In this document: piece by piece, positions 48,720 through 62,949 of the stretch | How the letters are laid out: each line of letters opens with the position of its first letter | How positions within the stretch are numbered: the first letter of the stretch is position 1 | Source of the DNA: Ginglymostoma cirratum | Taxonomy: Eukaryota | Direction of reading: 5' to 3' | NCBI GenBank assembly: GCA_024137785.1 | Contig: JAHRHZ010000109.1 | Location: 477,659-541,658 of the forward strand | Length of the DNA stretch: 64,000 bases | Position numbers and translations under genes: made by a program | Notes under the pieces: generated by a model | Told to the model about the DNA's origin: nothing | Database searches by the model: none | The model's input: the letters and a program-made list of their open reading frames with translations, nothing else

Positions 48720-50300
48720 ATTTGAAGTAGGAACTGCAGTAGGTACTTCGGTCCATTGAGTTTTCGGCGTCAAATAATGGTGGCTGATCTTTTATCTCCA
48801 CACCATACTACTGATTACTTCCCATCCCTTTCCTGCCTCGAAACCCTTATTTGCATTCAATGTTTTGGCTTTCACAGCCTTTTGTGGCAGAGAATTCCCC
48901 AGGTCCGCCAATCTCTGAGTGCAGACATTTATTCTCATCTCAATACACAGTGGCCTGCCTGTACTTAATGCTGTGACCATGACCCAGCGAAGGGAGTATT
49001 CATCAGTGCTTCCAATCTGTCTCACCCTGTCAGAATTTTGTATATTTCACAGAGATCTACACTCACTTTCCAAAACATCAGGGAATACAGGTGCATTCGA
49101 CACAAATTCTGCTCGCGCAACAAACTCTGCGATCCCTGATGTCAGTCTAATCATCCTTCGCTGCATGACCTCAATGGAAGGTTTTTCCTTTATATGGTCA
49201 CGAGGCCAAAACTGCGCACAATACTGCACGATGTTCGAGCTGTAGTCTATCAAGGCTCTGTACAACTGCAGTAAGATGCCCTTACTCCTGCACTCAAATG
49301 CTCTTACAATGAAGGTCAACACACAATTTATCTTTCTAACTGCTTTCTGTTCCTAAACAAATTGCTTGCAGTGACTGGTCTACCAGGAGATCCAGATTAT
49401 TTTCAATGTTACTGCTATCCACTTACTGGGGTCTATGTCAACTGGTCAGTATGCCAATGCTATTCCCGGTATTGACTTCTAGCTTCAAAATTTACTCCCC
49501 TGCGTTAATCTCGGAGGTCTGTGCAGAAGAAAACATAGAATGGGTGTATAAATCCCTTTATAGATTAATATTTTTCAAACAATTCCTTTTCAAACGGTTG
49601 GCTATTGGTGTATTTTTCTCACCAAAGTGCACAATGTTACATCATCCACGTTGCTCTTCAATTCCCAATATTTGCCCATTCACTCCACTTGTCTCAATCA
49701 CCATGGAGCTTTATCACATGCTCCTCACCATTCACGGACATAATTTAGTGCCATCAGCAGACTTGGAAATATTACATTTGATTCCGTCAACGAAACGTTT
49801 CATGTGTAATTGTGTTTAGCTGGGGCTCAAGAACTGATACCTGCAATTCCCCATGAGCCTTTCACTCCAAAAAATCCTTTTATTCCTGCTCACTGTTTCC
49901 TGTCAGCTCTCCCAGTCTGAAACACCGTCCATACATTAGCCCCCAATGGTATAAGATTTGATTTTGCACACACGGCTTGGAATGGTATCAAAAATCTTTC
50001 TGAAAGTACAAATTGATTGCTTCATTGTTTCCCCATAATTTATCTACCAGTAGGTTTATCAAATATGATTTTCATTTTTCAATCTATACTGAGGTTGTCT
50101 GTGCCCATCACTTTCAGTCTCAATAATTTCTCCAAAACCATGTCTTTAATAATTTCATTCTATTCCAAATTTTAACACCAGACTTTGGTTTCCTAGCACT
50201 GCTGGAAAGATTTTTTTTTGTTTTATTTTCTTCTGTGTGGACAGAACTGAAGTAGTTGCTTCATAGTTCTGCCATTTCCCTTTTCTCCAATCTCCAGTTT
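48720..50300 (-). mobile_element. Decayed CR1 LINE fragments
   Basis: ECRSKGILLQLYRAL..QYCAQFW, ISKSADGTKL and a CR1 3' UTR. Confidence 0.8.
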
Positions 50301-50559
50301 CAGACGATAAGGAAGTTGCACCTATTTTCTCTTACCTTTCACAATAGCATAATTTTAGAAGCTCTTCCAGTTCACTCATGTAACGCTTGCTAATTTCCCC
50401 TTCAGAAACAAATCAATTCCTGCGTTAAGCTGATCTTCCACAGCCATACAATCTCAGAAGAGTAGGCTATGTGCCGTCAGAAATGCAGCACAATCCACAT
50501 TGGTTCCACTTTCCTCAAGCAGGACAATAACTGTGAATACTGACATAGTTCAAGTGCTC

Positions 50560-52900
50560 GTCCAAATACTTGTTTTAACGGTTGTGAGGGGACCCGCCAA
50601 AACTACAATGTCAAGAAATGCTCTTCAGACCCCAACATTGTCTGAGTGAAAAACAATCCTCATATCCTCTCTAAACCTCAAGCCCTTCACTGTAAAAGTG
50701 TGGTCCCTTGGTCTTAGCCGTTTGACGAAAATGACTGCTGCTATCTATCCACCCTGTCCATGACCCTTGTCATTTTATCCTTGTAAATTACATCTTCCTC
50801 AGGCTTCTTTGCTCCAAAGCAAACAACTCAAGCTTATTCAGCCTTTTCTCATCGCCGATATGCTCCATCCCAGGGAATATCATGTTGAATTTCCTCTGCA
50901 CTCCCTGCAGTACAATCACATACTTCCTGTCATGTTGCATCCAGAGCTGCAGACAGTATGTCATTTAGCCTAACCAATGTCCTGCATAGCTCTTATAATC
51001 TATGCCTTGAAGAATAAAGGCTAGGCCTACGGTCCTCTATGCCTTCTGAGCTAAACTATTACCCTGTCCAGTCACATTCAGGGATGTGCGGTGCAACATC
51101 CTTTGAGCTTCTTAGTTTGCTGCCATTAATTGAGTACTCCCGTGTCGGTTTCATTTTTTCTGAAGTGCATCACCTGATATTTATCAGGTTTAAATTCCGT
51201 CTGCCATTTATCTGCCCATCTGATAATTCCACCGAGATCTTCCTGTAACATAAGACATTCCTCCTCACTTCCAACCACACTGCCAATTTTTGTGTTGAAC
51301 ACAAACTTACTGATCACATTCTCCCACTCCCCTCCACATTCACATCCACATCATTTATGAATACTAGAAACATTAAAGGACACAGCATTGATCTCTGTGG
51401 TACACCAGCGGACATTGATCTCCACTCACACAAACAGCCATCTACCACCACTCTCTGTCTCCTGTCGCTAAGACAATTTTGAATGAACTTGCCACGTCAC
51501 ACTTTATACCATGAAATTTTACTCTCTTTATCAGTTTTCCATGCGGGACTTTGTAAAATGTCTTGATGAAAAATCAAGTAAACGGCCTCCTCAACAGGTT
51601 TCAATGCAATTCTGATAAAATTATGATAATGTCATGTTGACGATCCCTAATCAAACTGTCCATGATAAATTCCAATTTTATACCAGCCAAAATCATCAAT
51701 CCCTGCTTGCATCTTAAAGCACTTTGCGCAAGCGTTCGATTCACAAGCCATCTTCTCCGATTCTGCACTTGATTCCTCCTTCTCCCAAGGAAAACATCTG
51801 CGAAACACTCATGCAACAATCTACCAATGTTTTCCAGCTTCACACACAGCTTTTCTCTTTGTTTTCTAACGAGGCCAAATTGTTCCCTGGTTACTTTTTT
51901 CTGCTTGGTGTACTTGTATAATACCTTGGGTTTCTCCCAGACTTACCTGCCAGCACTTCTCCATGCCCCTGTGTTGTTCGGTCCCCTCTGTGTGAATGCT
52001 CTAAATTTCAATGAGATCCCCTCTCATTCTTTGAAACTGTAGATAACACAGACCAAGTTTTCTCATCAGACAATCGTGACATTTAAGGGATGATTGTGGA
52101 AAACGTTCGATGCAATTACTCTGTCGTCAGTATATTCTTTCTTCGATTGTGACACCAAAACTGTCCACAATACTCCAGGTACAGTCTCACCAACACTCTC
52201 TGCATCTGCTACAGGATGTATTTACTTCGGTATTCCGATTCCTTTTAAATGAAATTAAAACTAGCTTTTACTTTCCTATTTGACCATGTTATTCCCAATA
52301 CCCTTTGGTTTAATTTTACTCACTAACTCACTGCGTATGTTCGTAAAACATTCGTCCTGACTATCCAACTATACCACATCCACTGGCACTGCATTGTCTA
52401 TGTCTACAAGATATACCTTTTTTTACGGTCAAGCATGATTTTTCTTTCGTAAATAAATTACCATTCTTTCCAATTTTCAGATTATTTTCCAAGTATCCAA
52501 TGTCACATCCTTTGCATTAAATTCCAATAGATTTCCAAGTGCTAATGAGAAGAGAACTGGTCTGTCGTCGCCACACTCCCTTTTCATCCCTTATTGAATA
52601 ATTGAGTTGCATTCATAATGTTCCATTATCCAGAATGGATTTCTGTCTTTTCAGAAGGTGCAGCAAAATAACATGGTGACCCCCAATGCAATCAATGTGT
52701 CGATTGCTGCTTACTCCAAAATTCTGGTACGAAGTACATCTAGTCCATCAGATTTATCAATGCTCACTCCAGTTACGTTCCCAAGTACTACCTGGTTACT
52801 GATATTAATGATATTACACTTTAGCTACACGAGTCCCATGGTCTCTTGGCATTTCTGGGAAATTTTCTGGATCTTCCTCCATGAAGACAGACACAAAGGA
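50560..52900 (-). mobile_element. Stacked decayed CR1 LINE fragments
   Basis: ISKFVFNTKIG...WADKWQTEF, GVPQRSML, and a repeated LEYCGQFW-type motif (aaactgtccacaatactccagg). Confidence 0.7.
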
Positions 52901-54689
52901 ACTGATTAGTTTCCCTTTAAATTCTCATTTCTCGAAAATAAATTATCCTGTCTGTGAATTCATTGTTCACATTTGGCCTTGCTTTTGGTTTCCTTTCAAA
53001 TATCAACAGAAGTTTTTCGGCAGTCTTTGTGTTTCTTGCTGGTTAGCATTCTTGCAACTGTTTTGCCCGGCACCATAAAAAGCTCCGAAAAATTGAGCCC
53101 AGACTTACCATGAAAGCCAACCTCCCATTCATAGATTCAATCTACACTTTTCATTGCTGTAGAAAGTCAACCAAAATCATCAAAGACCCATCCGACCCAG
53201 GTTATAATCTCTTCCAACCACTTTCGTCCGGCTGAAGATACAGAAGTTTAAATACAATTACAACAGATTCATGAACGGCTTTTTTTCCATTGTTATGAGA
53301 CTGCTGAATGGACTTCTTTAATTTCAAGTCTTGTATTGTTCTTGTTTTTGTAAACCTCCTTCCATAACCTTGCGTATCTCACTCTGTATAAACACCCTAT
53401 TATCTGTATGTCCATTTATGTTATGATCTGCTTGTACTGCATGCAAAGCAAAACCTTCCCCTGTACAGAGTTAAGTGTGACAATAATAAATCAAATCATT
53501 ATTTTAAATTTTCTTGTCAGTTTCTTGCTCTTACTTTTCTTGGTCCTATATGTCTCGGAATCCATTGCTTCCCAAAATATCTGGTATTTTTATAAGCTGC
53601 TTCCTTTTGTCTAATGTGATATTTAACTGTTTTGTTAATCATCAATGAACTAGCTTTCTCTTTAGCTGAATGCACTTTGGGGGATATATGTAAATTGGGC
53701 ACCTTACAGTGTATCCATAAATAAAAGACATTGCCTGTCTTGCATTGAATCTTTTACATGTACTTTTGCAATTCACTGAAGCCAACTTGCCCCATAGACC
53801 TTCACAGTTGGCCTGACTCAGATTTGTACCCGCAGTTTCAAAAAAAGCAAAAAGTGTTTTGCGTTCAGGCAAAATGGAAAATTCAATATATTATGATGAC
53901 TATTCCTAACATCTCCTTTTGCAGCAAGAGTTTCAATTCGGTGTTCTGATCACACAGCACCAATTCCAAAACAGCCTGATCTCTAATGCGGTGTTCAACA
54001 TACTGTTGAAGCAAACTATCCTCATACACGCTCATGAAATCCATTTTCCCCAGAGTTAGCATCACATGGCTTAACTAGTTTAGACACAGCTTGAACTTAT
54101 CCATTATTATTGCAACACCCACAAACTTGTACATCTAATTTCCTGTTTTATAACCTGCCCATCATTTTTATTGCAGATTTGACTTTGAAACATTATTCTA
54201 TGAATGCTTGCTTCTCCTTGCTGTTTCTCAGCTCCACCTTACCAGATTCTGTGGAAATTGATCAACGTGGACTCTGGGGAGATTCAGATGAGGTATGTGG
54301 TAAGACCTATCCAGATTTTGAGATCATTTTTCCACATCTAATCTGTTCTTCCCAAAACTTATTGTGACATTTTCACCAGATTTTCCATTGTGCTGGTGGA
54401 GTAGAAAAGGAGGATCAACTTTCATCCATGTTGTGCGTTACTCCAGACAGCTGACATGGCTCACACCTGCATGGGAAACTTAGAACAGACTGTCAAAGTG
54501 TTGCTGCCACTGCAAAGGGTCTCAGTGAGATCAAATCTGGAGTAGTGTGTACAGATTTAGTCTCCTCACTGAAGAAAGGATAATGTTGCATTGGAAGCAT
54601 TGACTGTACTAACGTATAAGTAACGGAAGATCAGGTTGATTCGATACACATTGGAATTTACAAGAATGAAAGATGATCTTATTTTTATA

Positions 54690-55530
54690 TAGAAGGAGTC
54701 AGCAACATAAGCCAATTTCACAGCAAATTGAGGAATTCAATCTGCTTGTCCAGCCTGTTACACAGGAACGGAGAAGTATACTCAGGTCTTCAACCCAGTT
54801 ACACGAGAACAAGATGAGGCTATTCAGCTCCTGGAGCCTGATATACAGTTACAGAAGGAGGCCAATCAGTCCCTCCAGTCTATCTCACAGGACCTAGAGT
54901 AGGACATGGAGCACTACTATCTCGTTGCAAAGCAACAGGATCGGTACATTCAGTCTCCACACCTCTGCGAATCAAGAGATGGAAGAGGCTGTCAAGAGAC
55001 TGGAGGTTGGTACACTGGAATAAGAGCAGGCCATTCAGCCCATCAATCCTAATGCACAGGACCTGAAAAGTGCACAAAACAATTTGAAATCTTAATGGAA
55101 AGGGAACATTTAATTAAGCCACGTGCCAGTTGTATGTGAACAGGAGAAGAATAATCACTCAGGGATGGGGGAGGAGACCATTCAGCACCTCGATGCTGTT
55201 TTGGAGGAATTTGAGGAGACCCTTCAGACCCTTGAACAACACAGCAACAGGAAGGTTCCATGTACCCTCAAGCCACTTATACATCAACAGGAGGACTACA
55301 TGGAACCTTCCTGTTGCTGTGTTGTTCAAGGGCCTGAGTCTTACTCAGGAACAGGAGTAAGGCATTCTGGCCATCTAGACATTAAAGTAAGAACACCAGG
55401 AGGACATTCAGCCCATCGAGTTATAAACCAGGAACTTAATGAATCCTTTCAGCCATTCATGCCTCTTATGCAGCAATCACAGCAGACCTTTTACAGCCTT
55501 GTGCCTGTCGCACAGGAATTGGAAAGTGAA
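54690..55530 (+). repeat. Degenerate satellite of about 42 bp (ttacacaggaacaggaggaggccattcagcccctcgagcctg-like)
   Basis: Many imperfect units with recurring acaggaacaggag and ggccattcagccc cores. Similar units occur at about 18240-18340, 18540-18630 and 40160-40265. Confidence 0.75.
55224..55337. repeat. Near-perfect 41-bp inverted repeat with a 32-nt spacer
   Basis: 55224-55264 versus the reverse complement of 55297-55337: 40 of 41 bases identical. Confidence 0.95.
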
Positions 55531-55669
55531 CATAGAGGTTATAGAAAGAGAAGAACTTAGAATAGCTATGTTCACTAAGGAATAAAAAGTAGTGAGGAGA
55601 CTATTGAGGTTGAAGGTAAAGTGTTAAATTTCATTATCTAGGAGTTAAAAACAGCAGATTTGCAAAGTG

Positions 55670-56760
55670 AAACCACAATCCATCAGAGACAGTATGGTTT
55701 CATGGAGAATAAATCATGTTGAATTGTTTGATTACGTTCTTTAACATTGTGACAGAGAATGTGGATAATGAAGATTTTGGAGATGTTACATATCTGGACA
55801 TCCAGAAGGTATTGGATAATGCGCCGGACAAATGTTTAATCTGTAAAATAAGAGCACGTGGGTTGGAGAATTTATTAGCTTGAATAGAGAATTGGTGAAT
55901 CAACGACATGCAGTAAGATGGCATCAGGAAGTGTAGGTTTATGATTGGAACTTTTGAGGTGCCACAGATTTCAGTGCTCAGGCCCCAACTATTTTCAATC
56001 TATTGTATTACTTGATTGAAAGTATGAAAGATACTATCACCAAATTTTCCGCTGATATTAAAATGGGTGGGAAAGTAACTTTGCAATGAAGATGTAAGGA
56101 TTTACAAAGGGAAGTGGATAATTTCAGTGAATGGGCCAACATTTTGCAGTTAAACTTAATGTGGACAAATATGGGGTTATCCATTTTGGACAACATAGTA
56201 CAAAGCCAACTTATTGTCTCAATGTCAAGAAACTTCAGAATGCTTAAGTGCAGAGAATATCAGAAAAAATCCACACTCAGATACAGCACGTAGTGAGGAA
56301 GGCAAGTGCAATTTCATCTTTTATTTCTAAAAGAATAGAGTATAAATGTAGCAAAGTGAGACTGCAACTATGTAAGACATTAGTGAGTCTGCAGCTGGAG
56401 TACCTTGTACAGTTATGTATCCCAGATTTGAGAAGAGATATAGTTGCATAGAAAGCAGTTGAGAATAGTTTATGAGATTTATTTCAGAAATAAGGTGTGT
56501 GTTATGAAGAGAGATTGAGCAGTTCAGGTCTGGAGTTTAGAAGAACGAGAGGAGATTTCATTGAGGTAAGATGCCAAAGGGAACTGACAATGTAGATGTG
56601 GAATTCACGAACCAAGATGAAGAGATATTGAGTAAATGATGAGTTATGGAAAGTTGGCAGGAAAGTGGAACTGAGGCCACGATGGCATCAGCTACGATTG
56701 TATTAAATGACGTAGCAGGCTAGAAGGGTGAATTGCTGACTGATGTTAGTCGTCCTTATT
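55670..56760 (+). mobile_element. Decayed CR1 RT plus 3' UTR
   Basis: QYGFMENKSC, TKFSADIK and LQLCKTLVSLQLEYLVQ. Confidence 0.8.
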
Positions 56761-57069
56761 CAGGCCTTTGCATGTGCTACACAGAAATGGGAGAGGACTT
56801 GTTATCAAACAGAAAGCAGGCACTCAGGAAAAATCAGTCCTGATCAGTTTGACAGAATGTAACCAATGGATTCACACAGTGACCAGTGCTGTGTCGTCAA
56901 CAATTTACAATCTATATCGATGACTTGGAGGAGTGGAACAAATGGATTGTAACTACACTGGGCGATGACGTGAAGATCAGCAGGAAATTGAGCTATCGAT
57001 AGAAGATGAATTCTGTAAATTGATACAATTCGGTAAAGCCAATGAATAATAGTTTGCCAGATGGAATAT

Positions 57070-60000
57070 AATGTGGGGACTCTTCCATCACACTCCTGAC
57101 TTGTGCCTTGCAGATGGTGTACAAGCTTTGGAGAGTCAGGAAGTGAGTTACTTCCCATAATATTCCGAAACTCTGACCTGCACCTTTAAGCACTGCGTTC
57201 ATGTGGGGTTGAGTTTCTGCTCAATGGCAACTCCTAATATGTTGATGTTGAGAGATTCAGTGACGTGAACACCATTGAACGTTGAGGGGTGGTGATTGTA
57301 TTGTCTCTTTTTGGTGATGGCCATAGCCTGACTGTTATGTAGTACAAATATTACTGCCACTTGTCAGCCCAAGCCTGCATATTATCCAGATCTCGTTGTA
57401 TTTGGATACAGAATGCTTCAGTGTCTGAGGAGTCATGGATGGTGCTGAACATTGTGCAATAATTGGCGAACATCTGCGCTTCTGACCAGGGAAGGTCACT
57501 GATGAAGCAGCTGAAGATGGTTGTGCGTAGGACACTACCCTGAGGAACTCCTGCAGAGATGTCCTGGAACTGAGATTATCTTCCTATGTATCATATTTTA
57601 CTCCAACCACCAAAGAGTTTGTCCCCAGTACTCATTGATTCCAGTTTTGCTTGAGCTCCTTGATGCTACACTCAGACAAATGCATTCTTGATGTCAACGG
57701 CTGACGCCCGCACCTTCTCTTTGGAATTCAGATCTTCTGCCCATGTTGAACGAAGGCTGAAATGAGGTCAGTAGCTGAGTGGTACTGGTGGAACCCAAAC
57801 TGGGCGTCACTGAGCAGGTTATTGATGAGACAGGAGAAAATTTAAAAGCTGCAGGATTCCTAGCTTCTGTTCTGCTGTTGTAACCAGGGCAGTTATACGG
57901 TCTTGGAAGAAAAGTAAATAACTTAGCAATGACAATGCCATTAGATGTCAAATGGTGACAATGAGATTCACCATGTTCATGATGGCCATTGTCTGGTGTT
58001 TGTGTGGTACAAATGTTGAAGTCACATGTTAGCCTAAGCCCGCACATTGCCCAGATGTTACTGCATTGGGGCATAGTCCGCTTCAGTATCTGATGAGTTG
58101 AAAATGCTTATGATCATGGTGCCATCATCAGTTAACATCCCACTCCCTACGATGGAGTGAAGGTCACTGGTGAAGCAGATAAAGAAGTTTGGGCATAGGA
58201 AGCTGCAGTGAGGAACATCCTGCAGAGAAGTCCTGAAGTTGAAAATAACTGACTTTCAAAAACTGTAATCCTATTTCCTGTGGGCCAGCTAAGTCTCGAA
58301 TCAATGGAGAGTTTCTCCTTGATTCCCATAAGACCGTAAGAACTAGGGACACCAGTAGGATGTTCTGCTTGTCAACCCTGCTCTTCCATTCAAATACAAA
58401 ACGAGCTGCACGATAGCCAAACTTAAGCTGACAAGTGGAAAAGACTATTCACGTCACCGAAGTGCTAGGCGTTGACAATCACCACAAAGAATCAATATAA
58501 CCACCGGCCCTTGGCGTTCAATGGTGTTAGCATCATTGAATGCCCCACTATCAACATCGTGGGAGTAACCATTGACACAGAGGCTACAAGAGAAGGTCAG
58601 AAGCTGGGAATACTGTGATGAATAACTTACTTGTTGAATCCCCTAATCTTGTCCATTACCACAAAGCAAAAATCAGGAGAGTGATGGAATACTTCCCACC
58701 TTTCTGGACAGGTGCAGCTCCAACAATACTCAAGAAGCTCAACATCATCCAGGACAAAGCCACCACTTGATATGGTACCAGATCCACAAGCATCCATTCC
58801 GTCCAGACCTGACGCCGGGTAGAAGAAGTGCATATCAGCTGCAAAAGAGATTGCAAAAATTCACCAAATATCATCTGCACATTCCAAACCCACAACCACT
58901 TCCAGCTAGAAGGAAAAGGTCAGCGGATACATGGTAACGTCACAGCCAGCAAGACTTTTTTCAAAGCCACTCGCCATTCTGACTGGGAAATATATCACCA
59001 TTCTCTCATGGTCACTGGGTAAAAATTCTTGAATTCATTCCCTAAGTACATTATGGGTCAGCTCATAGCTGGCGGAATGCATTAGTTCAAGGAGGCAGCT
59101 TACCATAACTTTCTCAAGGGCAACTTCTCTAGTTGGGCTATAAATGAACTGCACTCGTCCATCAGTGGAATGTGCATTATATCTTGTAGATGGTCCATGC
59201 TGCAGCTACAGTGCACTTGTGATGGAGAGAATCTACAAGACGTAATGCACCCAACACTGGAACACTGACTGAAAGTCCTTCAGCAGGTTATTGCTCATTA
59301 AGCATATTTTTGCTGACACTTTTTTTGTTTTTGAGATTTACATGGTAGACTGTCCACCGGTATGTCAGTGACTGGCTGCAATGAAATTGCCATGATTTTG
59401 TGTCCAGGACATTTTTGGACAATTAATAACATTGTTGGTAGATGTCAGTTTTCTTGCTGGACTGGAACAGCATGGCGAAGGATGGGGAAATTTCTAGCGT
59501 CATATATTACCAGTCCCACAGCAGTTTTCAGAGTCTCCAACCATTTCTTGATATCGCATGGAGTGAATCAATTTGTCTGAAAATTGTCACCTGTGATTCT
59601 GGGGACCACTGCTGGAGGCCGAAATGTAATACCTGCTTGGCACTTCTGGCTTAAGATTGTTACAAATTCTTCAGCTGTATTTTTTGCCCTGATGCTCTGG
59701 GCTCCCCCAGAACTGAAGATTCAGTTGTTGGAGATCAGCCTCCTACTGCAATGGTTTCTTTCATATCCACTACCTTTAACAACTTAATTTGCAGGTCTGC
59801 AGAGTTTAGATCTGATCCATTGGTTGTGAGATCATTCAACACTGTCCATCACTTGTTGCTTATGATATTTAGCATTGCAAATAGTTCTGCTTGGTAGCCG
59901 AAGACAATAAGAGCTTCTTCCAGGTTGTCACCTCATGTCTAGGTCTGGCTGCTGCTGTTTCTGGCATGTCCGTCTGCACTCTTCATTGACCAGGGTGGAT

Positions 60001-60370
60001 TCCTATCTTGATAGTAACTGTAGAGTGGGAAATGTGCCGGGCTGTGAGGTTCCAGACTGTATGAGTTGTGCACAGTATGATTCTGTTACTGCTAATAGTT
60101 CATTGCTCCACATGAATGTCTCATCGTGAGTTGCTAGATCTGTTTGAATTCTCTCACGTTCAGCAGATATATTGCTACATGACATGGCGACGCGGTAGAA
60201 AATGTGAAGATGACACTTCCTTCCAAGGACTATGCAGTGGCCAGTCTTAATGATATATTAAATGGAGAGGTGTATCTGCAGCAGCCTTGTTGGTGATGGC
60301 GCAGTTAAGTATATGTTCCCAATTAATTAATTACCTCATAACCTGCTGCAGAGCAATCTAGCAGCTTCAA
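57070..60370. mobile_element. Mosaic of second-family LINE fragments (minus 57070-58330, plus 58400-59130, minus 59340-60370)
   Basis: TICKAQVRSVME, AGVPQGSVL (revcomp of aggacactaccctgaggaactcctgc), and KAKIRRVMEY on the plus strand. Confidence 0.7.
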
Positions 60371-61714
60371 GATTCAGCATCAATGCTGAGCACTACAGTG
60401 ATGAGATACCAAGAAGAGGCCCCCTCCTTTGGCTATATCCGGTGAGAGGGACAGGAACTAGCAGAAAGGGTGGTGATGTTGCCTGGGACATAACCCTGAA
60501 CGCAGAATCCTGTTTTACATTCAATTTCTGACTGTTGCTTGATTAGTCTGTGAGAAATATAATGCAGCTCACGTTTACATTTTTTATAGCAAAGATTTAA
60601 TATCACTTTAATTTTATATGCTTTAAAATAACCAAAATGCATTGTTTTTCAGTTGAAAACAACTTAAGTGAACAATAATTAAATTACCAGAGTACACACC
60701 TAAATATTGCAGAATTTAATGACTCTCATAAACAGCTTAATCATGTTCAGGTCAGTGAACACATCATCTTACAGTCAGCAAATCTGTTGAAAATAAACTT
60801 TAAAATAAAAACTGACTTCAGATGCATTGCTACAGGGCCTCACACAACCTCCAAAACACTGGGCATCTCCTAAATCTGTCCAGAAATCTTCTAAACCGGA
60901 CTTGGACTGATATTCAAACAATCCCTCTCAACAGACCTGTTAGAGGCATCCCTGAACAACAAGGAAGTGCATGGGGCAGAAGGACCAATGGACTAGCACC
61001 AGAATCAGTGATGACCCGAATGCAGTTCAACATTTGTGAAAAAAATGACCTGCCAATAACTATGTCTCGCAAGTTTATCTGGGCTGATGTCTTCTGGTGT
61101 ATCAGCTGATCTCTGTAATTGTGCACGTCGGACACGATCCTGAATGAAGCTGTTATAAAGGTGATGGACTCCTGTAGCAAATGCCGCCTTCCATTGAATC
61201 CCTCATAAACCATATTCAGTGTATGACAGCTCCACACGTCAGTGTCTAAACAGGATTGTGCAAAGACATGTTCCAAACCCAACATCTTTGTGTGTGACTC
61301 AAGATAGAAATTTCCATGGAAACGTTCTCAGCATTCTAACTATTAACAGCAAAGTCTCATCACTGAAAGCCGATATCCTTCGATAATACCCACTTTCCGC
61401 TTGTCCAATAGACACACATTGACCCATTTGTTCAGTTCAATTTTATGATAACAATGACGAAACAGTGAACAGATCACAACAAAGAGCTTTGAAATGATAA
61501 ATCTTGTTACCACACCCAATATCAAATTATTATTAAGTCCAAGGACTTTGAAAATAAACATTTTTTTCCCTTGTACTAATGTAGTATGCTAATATTTACA
61601 TGTAATCATACTCATGGCAACAATACCATGGTGTCAGATCAAACGTTGACGAGGAAACCTCCTGCTGAATCATTTCCCTTAGCTGGTGGATCAGCCTTTG
61701 AATTATCCAGTCCC

Positions 61715-62780
61715 TCCAGCTGTTTGTTCATATCACAGAAAATGAATGACATTAGTTTAAGGCTGCCACATGTAATGTTGGGAATCATTGGAGGAGGGTG
61801 AAATAGATCAACCCATCGACATTGCTGTCGAAACACTGTTGTGAATGTTTCAGCATTGTCTGTTTTGTTGTGCTGGGCTCTCCCATCATTGTGGAGCTGC
61901 CTCCTCCAGTGAGTTCTTCAATTGTCTAAGACCATTCATGACTGGATATGACAGGATTGCAGAGATTATGTCTGATTGATTTATTATGAGTTTGCTCAGA
62001 TCAGTCCACGATTTGCTGCTTATTCTATTTTACAATTAAGTTGACTTCACCTTATTTTCAGATTGTCCCGCTGCCGCTACTGGCACAATCTTCTGTATTG
62101 TTCATTGAACAAGGGTTTATCCCCGGCTCGGTAGTCACAATTAAATGGACATTATGTGGGCAATGATGTTAAAAATTGTGCTGAAGTTAAATTCTGCTGT
62201 TGTTAGCGACCCATAGCACTGCACACAGACCAGGTTAGAGTTGCCAGACCTATTTGAAATCTATTCCATTTAGCACAGTGTTAATGTCACACACATGATG
62301 GAGGGTAGTCCCAATGTAAAAGTGGGACTGCGTCTCCAGCAATGCTGTGTGCATGGGCCACTGTTACCGGTATAGCCGTGGATCCATGTATCTGCAGCTG
62401 GCAGATTGGAGAAGATAAGGTCAAGTATGTTTTGCTGTCTTAGTCGGTTCTTCCCCATCCGCTGATGCCCCAGTCCAGCAGCTGTGTCCTTTTGGAACCA
62501 ACCGTCTCGATTAACAATGCTGCTGCCGATCCCTTCATAGAGGTGGTTTTGGAATGGACCCGTCAGTATACAGTGTCCATCATTCCCACTCTCTCAGTAC
62601 TTGCTCCAAGTGTTATTCAATGTGGAGGAATGCTGATCCACCAGTTCAGGGAGGGGAAGCAGCCAGACATTTCCGTTTCAAAGTCTGATCTGACACCATG
62701 AGGCTTCGTTATGTCACACTGTTGCTTGACTGGCCTGTCGGATGGCTCTCCCAAGTTTAGCACTAGTCCCCAGACACTAG
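61715..62780 (-). mobile_element. Second-family LINE fragment (endonuclease and linker)
   Basis: QNILDLIFSNLPAAD..GNSG and PPPMIPNITCGSL...LDNSKA. Confidence 0.65.
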
Positions 62781-62949
62781 CAAGGACGAATTTGCAGTGT
62801 CTACAGGGCTTTTTATTTTTGCAGCTGTCAACTGAAGAAGCTTTATGATACTGACTCTATGGCTCCTGTGAATAGACTCTCCAAGGTCTCCCTTGACTGG
62901 CACAGATTTCTCCAATTTGTTATCCATTAAGTCGATGTGTAATTCTGTG

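Noticed and set aside
54690-55530. CRISPR-like repeat-spacer appearance (also 29090-29445)
   Set aside because: Units are degenerate and lack unique spacers, there are no cas genes, and the context is vertebrate.
55123-55560. 145-aa ORF
   Set aside because: Translation of a 42-bp-unit satellite; no recognisable domain.
60820-61560. Several 70-120 aa ORFs in a non-repetitive-looking block
   Set aside because: No recognisable motif or consistent frame on either strand; left unannotated.
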